A DNA stretch of 63,093 nucleotides, the filler included, from Stramenopiles sp. TOSAG23-2 (lineage: Eukaryota): NCBI GenBank assembly GCA_900128395.1. It is 6 parts of 6 records of this genome, joined end to end, with 100 filler letters (N's around TTAATTAATTAA, not from the genome) between each part and the next. Parts side by side here need not be neighbours in the genome. Positions count along the whole stretch, not along the records: positions 59,809 to 61,401 come from LT652636.1; positions 61,502 to 63,093 come from LT652637.1; 4 more parts are not named here. One strand, given 5' to 3'. The notes below the pieces were generated by a model. The model searched no databases. It saw only the letters and a program-made list of their open reading frames with translations, and was not told the origin of the DNA. The position numbers and the translations under genes are program-made. The stretch's first letter is position 1. Every line of letters starts with the position of its first letter. Below are positions 59,809-63,093 of the stretch, piece after piece.

Positions 59809-61401
59809 TACCAGCTGCTAGCGCATTAGACATTCCAGCTCCATATTGGAAAGTTTGCGTTAAATTACCTACATTTAAAATTACATTTTTTGGAACACCT
59901 TTGGCAGCTAATGGCGCAACCAGAGGCTTAACATTTTTCCATGCCATACTCAAAATAGTCCATGAATTGCCAATAGTAGTATAATCGTCATCATTGAATG
60001 GGTTTGCTTTTGAGTCTGGTTTNNNNNNNNNNNNNNNNNNNNNNNNNNNNNNNNNNNNNNNNNNNNNNNNNNNNNNNNNNNNNNNNNNNNNNNNNNNNNN
60101 NNNNNNNNNNNNNNNNNNNNNNNNNNNNNNNNNNNNNNNNNNNNNNNNNNNNNNNNNNNNNNNNNNNNNNNNNNNNNNNNNNNNNNNNNNNNNNNNNNNN
60201 NNNNNNACAAATCTAAATAATCTTGTCGTTTTTGCTTGATCCCAACTTCGTATATTTGCAGCGGTTAACGTTCTACCAATTGCTTTTGCTGGTACGCCAA
60301 TTGCAGCATCAGTATTAGCTTTTTTAAGGAAACAAGATAATTCTATTTCTGGATAAGCTGTATTAACCATTTGTAAATATGGTAAAATAGAAGACCCGGT
60401 AGGACACTCTGCTTTATCCTCTGTCGCATTGTAATAACCTTTGCCTACTACGGAATTTTTTGCCCATTGATTTGGCATAACATTGCCAGCTGAGTAAGAA
60501 GTACCTTCTGTTATAGTCGAGTAAAGTTCAAACACTTTTTTTGTAATTGCGCATCGAACTTCTTTAGATGCACCGCCGGCATAAGCTAATAATGCTGAAT
60601 TACCATCTCCAGCACCTGCAGTCATATTACAAACTCCTTTGTTCATAGTAGGTGCACCAGCACCAACTGCTTCCGCCATCCAGAACCCAATCCCTGTTGC
60701 TGATTTAAGGCTAATGTCAATGCCTGTAGGTGCAACTATACCATCTGATCCTGCAGCAGGAAAAAGTTTTGCATAAGCACCTGCACTTAAGTAAGTTGTG
60801 TTTGCATTTACGTCAAGCTTTAATAAGTCGAAATTGCCTTGTTTCGCTGATGTTGGTGGATTAGCATTTGCAGTTGCTCGCACAGATGAAAAAGCACTTA
60901 AGTAAGCGGAGCTAGATCTAAATAAAGTTTCAAAGTTTNNNNNNNNNNNNNNNNNNNNNNNNNNNNNNNNNNNNNNNNNNNNNNNNNNNNNNNNNNNNNN
61001 NNNNNNNNNNNNNNNNNNNNNCTGAAGTCACTCCTCCTAGACTAGAAGCATGACCAGCTATTAAATTGGCTGCAGTAGAACCAAACATTGATTGTATAGC
61101 GGTTTCATCAACCATTCCAATTGGCGGCATGACGTCTAAAGCATTTAGCAATCCAAGATATCCATTGTTTATCGCGGTAATAGTATTATAAGCCTTGTTG
61201 CCATCGTCATGTGCAATTTTTCCATAAACACATTGTGTAGGTGTTTTCGTTTTTGTTGCTTTAGGCCATGAAGCGCATAATCTATCAGTGGCGCATTTTG
61301 GGCATAGTTTCTTCGTTGCTGCATCATCAATCAATTTAAAACTCCTGCCAGTGCGTTCTACGGTGTCCCGGCTTTTGTGATGTGTCATGGTGTAAGATCG
61401 G
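59809..61401 (-). CDS. Fragments of a large Ala/Gly/Cys-rich, probably extracellular protein of unknown function
   Basis: Long open frames on the - strand, interrupted by N gaps. Confidence 0.5.
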
Positions 61402-61501
61402 NNNNNNNNNNNNNNNNNNNNNNNNNNNNNNNNNNNNNNNNNNNNTTAATTAATTAANNNNNNNNNNNNNNNNNNNNNNNNNNNNNNNNNNNNNNNNNNN
61501 N
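61402..61501. other. Artificial scaffold linker
   Basis: 44 N + TTAATTAATTAA + 44 N. Confidence 0.98.
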
Positions 61502-62016
61502 TCGTAATACTATTTCCATTCTAAACGGAGAAAAAATTGGGAGAATACCAACGTTTATTTCAAAATCGCACTGGAACTACTCCAGGGAGAGGCGAAAGTC
61601 CAAGTTTTTTTCGCCAAGATTCTATTGCGAATATTGATGATTTTGCTACAATAGCTTCTGCTAATGACCGCATTCAGGAAAGAAGTAGAAAAAGAAAACA
61701 AAATGATGATGATGATGAAAGCAGTAGCAGTAGCAGTGATGATGACGACAACAGTGATATTGACGACGAAGAATTCACCCAATCATCAAAGAAAAAGCAA
61801 AAGAAAAATGGTGATTTTGGTTTAAGTTCTCCTTCTGCAAACCCTCAAACAGTTGAAAGCAATCCTGCAAGTGACCCCTCCGCATTAACTCATATTACCG
61901 ATGTTATTAGTCCAAGCAGTGGTGGTGATAGTAATTTTTATGTATCCAAGAAACATAAAAGCCTCAAAAAAAAGAGAAAAAAAAACAAACATAGCAAAAA
62001 TAGAAACGTCGCCTGA
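61502..62016 (+). CDS. C-terminal fragment of a low-complexity acidic/basic (nuclear-type) protein
   Basis: Open frame with D/S tracts and an NLS-like KKKRKK. Confidence 0.45.
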
Positions 62017-62228
62017 CTACAAGACAGTCCAGATAAAGTAAATGATATTCATTTTATTCATAAAGAAGGTTCGTTGCTAAATTATAATATCAAGAAAAAA
62101 TTAACGTATGAAAATTATCAAATATATTCGCAGGGTGATAATCTGATTAGTTTTCACATATAATTTGAAAAAGTAAAAAACAACAAAAACAAAGAAAAAA
62201 TAAAATTAAGTTAAAAATAAATTAAAAA

Positions 62229-62951
62229 TTAAAACATTGTTTTAGTAAAAATATAATAATCATTTTGATTTCTATCAAATTCCACCCACACATATCTACC
62301 ATACCACCTTCTATCGGCACAGACGTGTTGTTTTTTTATGTACCAACCCATTTTATTCATTAATTCAAGACGACGTGGTGTGAACATATTCATGGAACTA
62401 ACATTGATCAACCAATATATTTTTCTTCTTGCTAATTTCATAGCCTTTAAATGAAATTTCCAGAACAATTTGCGAGGAACAAATGGAGGATTGCTTAATA
62501 TTACATCAACTTTGGTGTTATAAGTTAAAAAATCTCTACCTTTGGTGATTTCACACCATAATTTTTTTACATTATTAGGAAGATTATTGTAAAATGCACC
62601 ATGTCCTAAACATGGTTCTAACACAGATTCACCATCGATAAAGTCACAATGATTAGTCAATAAGTGTTTCGCCATATTTGGATTAGTCATAATTACGTGT
62701 TGTTTGTCTGCACTTAATAATTGTGACTGAAACCAATTTGGTTTGTTTGGATAAAAATTTGGAGTAGTTAAGCAGGCCAGATACGTTTTTACTTATTGTA
62801 TTGTTTCAATGTCTTTCACAACATCATGCACTTGTAAGTTTTCCATCTCAGGATTTAATAAACGCACTTCATATGTATCCAACAATTGTTTTATTTCTTT
62901 AAATTTTCTCTCTTTTACAATATCTTCTACATACGAAGTTAATAAATTCAT
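62229..62951 (-). CDS. Small N6-adenine DNA methyltransferase-like protein (virus-type) with one in-frame TAA at 62793..62795
   Basis: Motif I VLEPCLGHGAF, GRDFL, and motif IV ILSNPPF. The frame continues upstream to an ATG at 62951 with a single stop. Confidence 0.8.
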
Positions 62952-63093
62952 TTTTTTTTATGTTTTTGTTTTGATTTTTTAGTTTTTATTTTTTAGTTTT
63001 TATTTTTACTATTTATTTTTACTATTTTTTTTACTTTTTCATGATATTTATTGATAAAAGCGAATATATATATATGTTTGATATTATCAAAAG

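Noticed and set aside
28130-61501. Recurrent TTAATTAATTAA motif as a biological repeat
   Set aside because: It is always centred in a 100-nt N spacer, so it is an artificial six-frame stop linker. The last four pieces are size-sorted ~1.59-kb scaffolds.
62793-62795. Alternative genetic code (TAA read as sense)
   Set aside because: TAA terminates conserved genes here (NDUFS8, PABP, PhzF), and long ORFs have no internal stops.

Overview
AT-rich, intron-poor eukaryotic nuclear DNA. A heterotrophic protist, possibly a stramenopile, is my inference from gene style only. The window is six scaffolds joined by 100-nt artificial linkers (44 N + TTAATTAATTAA + 44 N) at 28130, 56322, 58016, 59709 and 61402, so adjacency across those points is meaningless. 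It carries housekeeping genes (ETF-beta, NDUFS8, NDUFA7-like, CNOT2, PABP, partial FolD, an SDR, PhzF, ACBP), several large multidomain proteins, a MULE-like element with 160-bp terminal inverted repeats, and a virus-like adenine methyltransferase. Many ~90-140-bp tandem duplications look like assembly artefacts. The standout is an intronless 2187-aa gene (36007..42570) encoding a circularly permuted glutamate synthase. Its order is FMN/3Fe-4S, GXGXG, an internal Ntn-amidotransferase (Cys786), then the central domain. It is fused to an adrenodoxin-reductase-like flavoprotein and a 2Fe-2S ferredoxin instead of GltD. Also notable are a 36-aa N-terminal module shared under apparent purifying selection by two unrelated neighbouring genes, and a membrane-anchored LPMO-like/WW protein.
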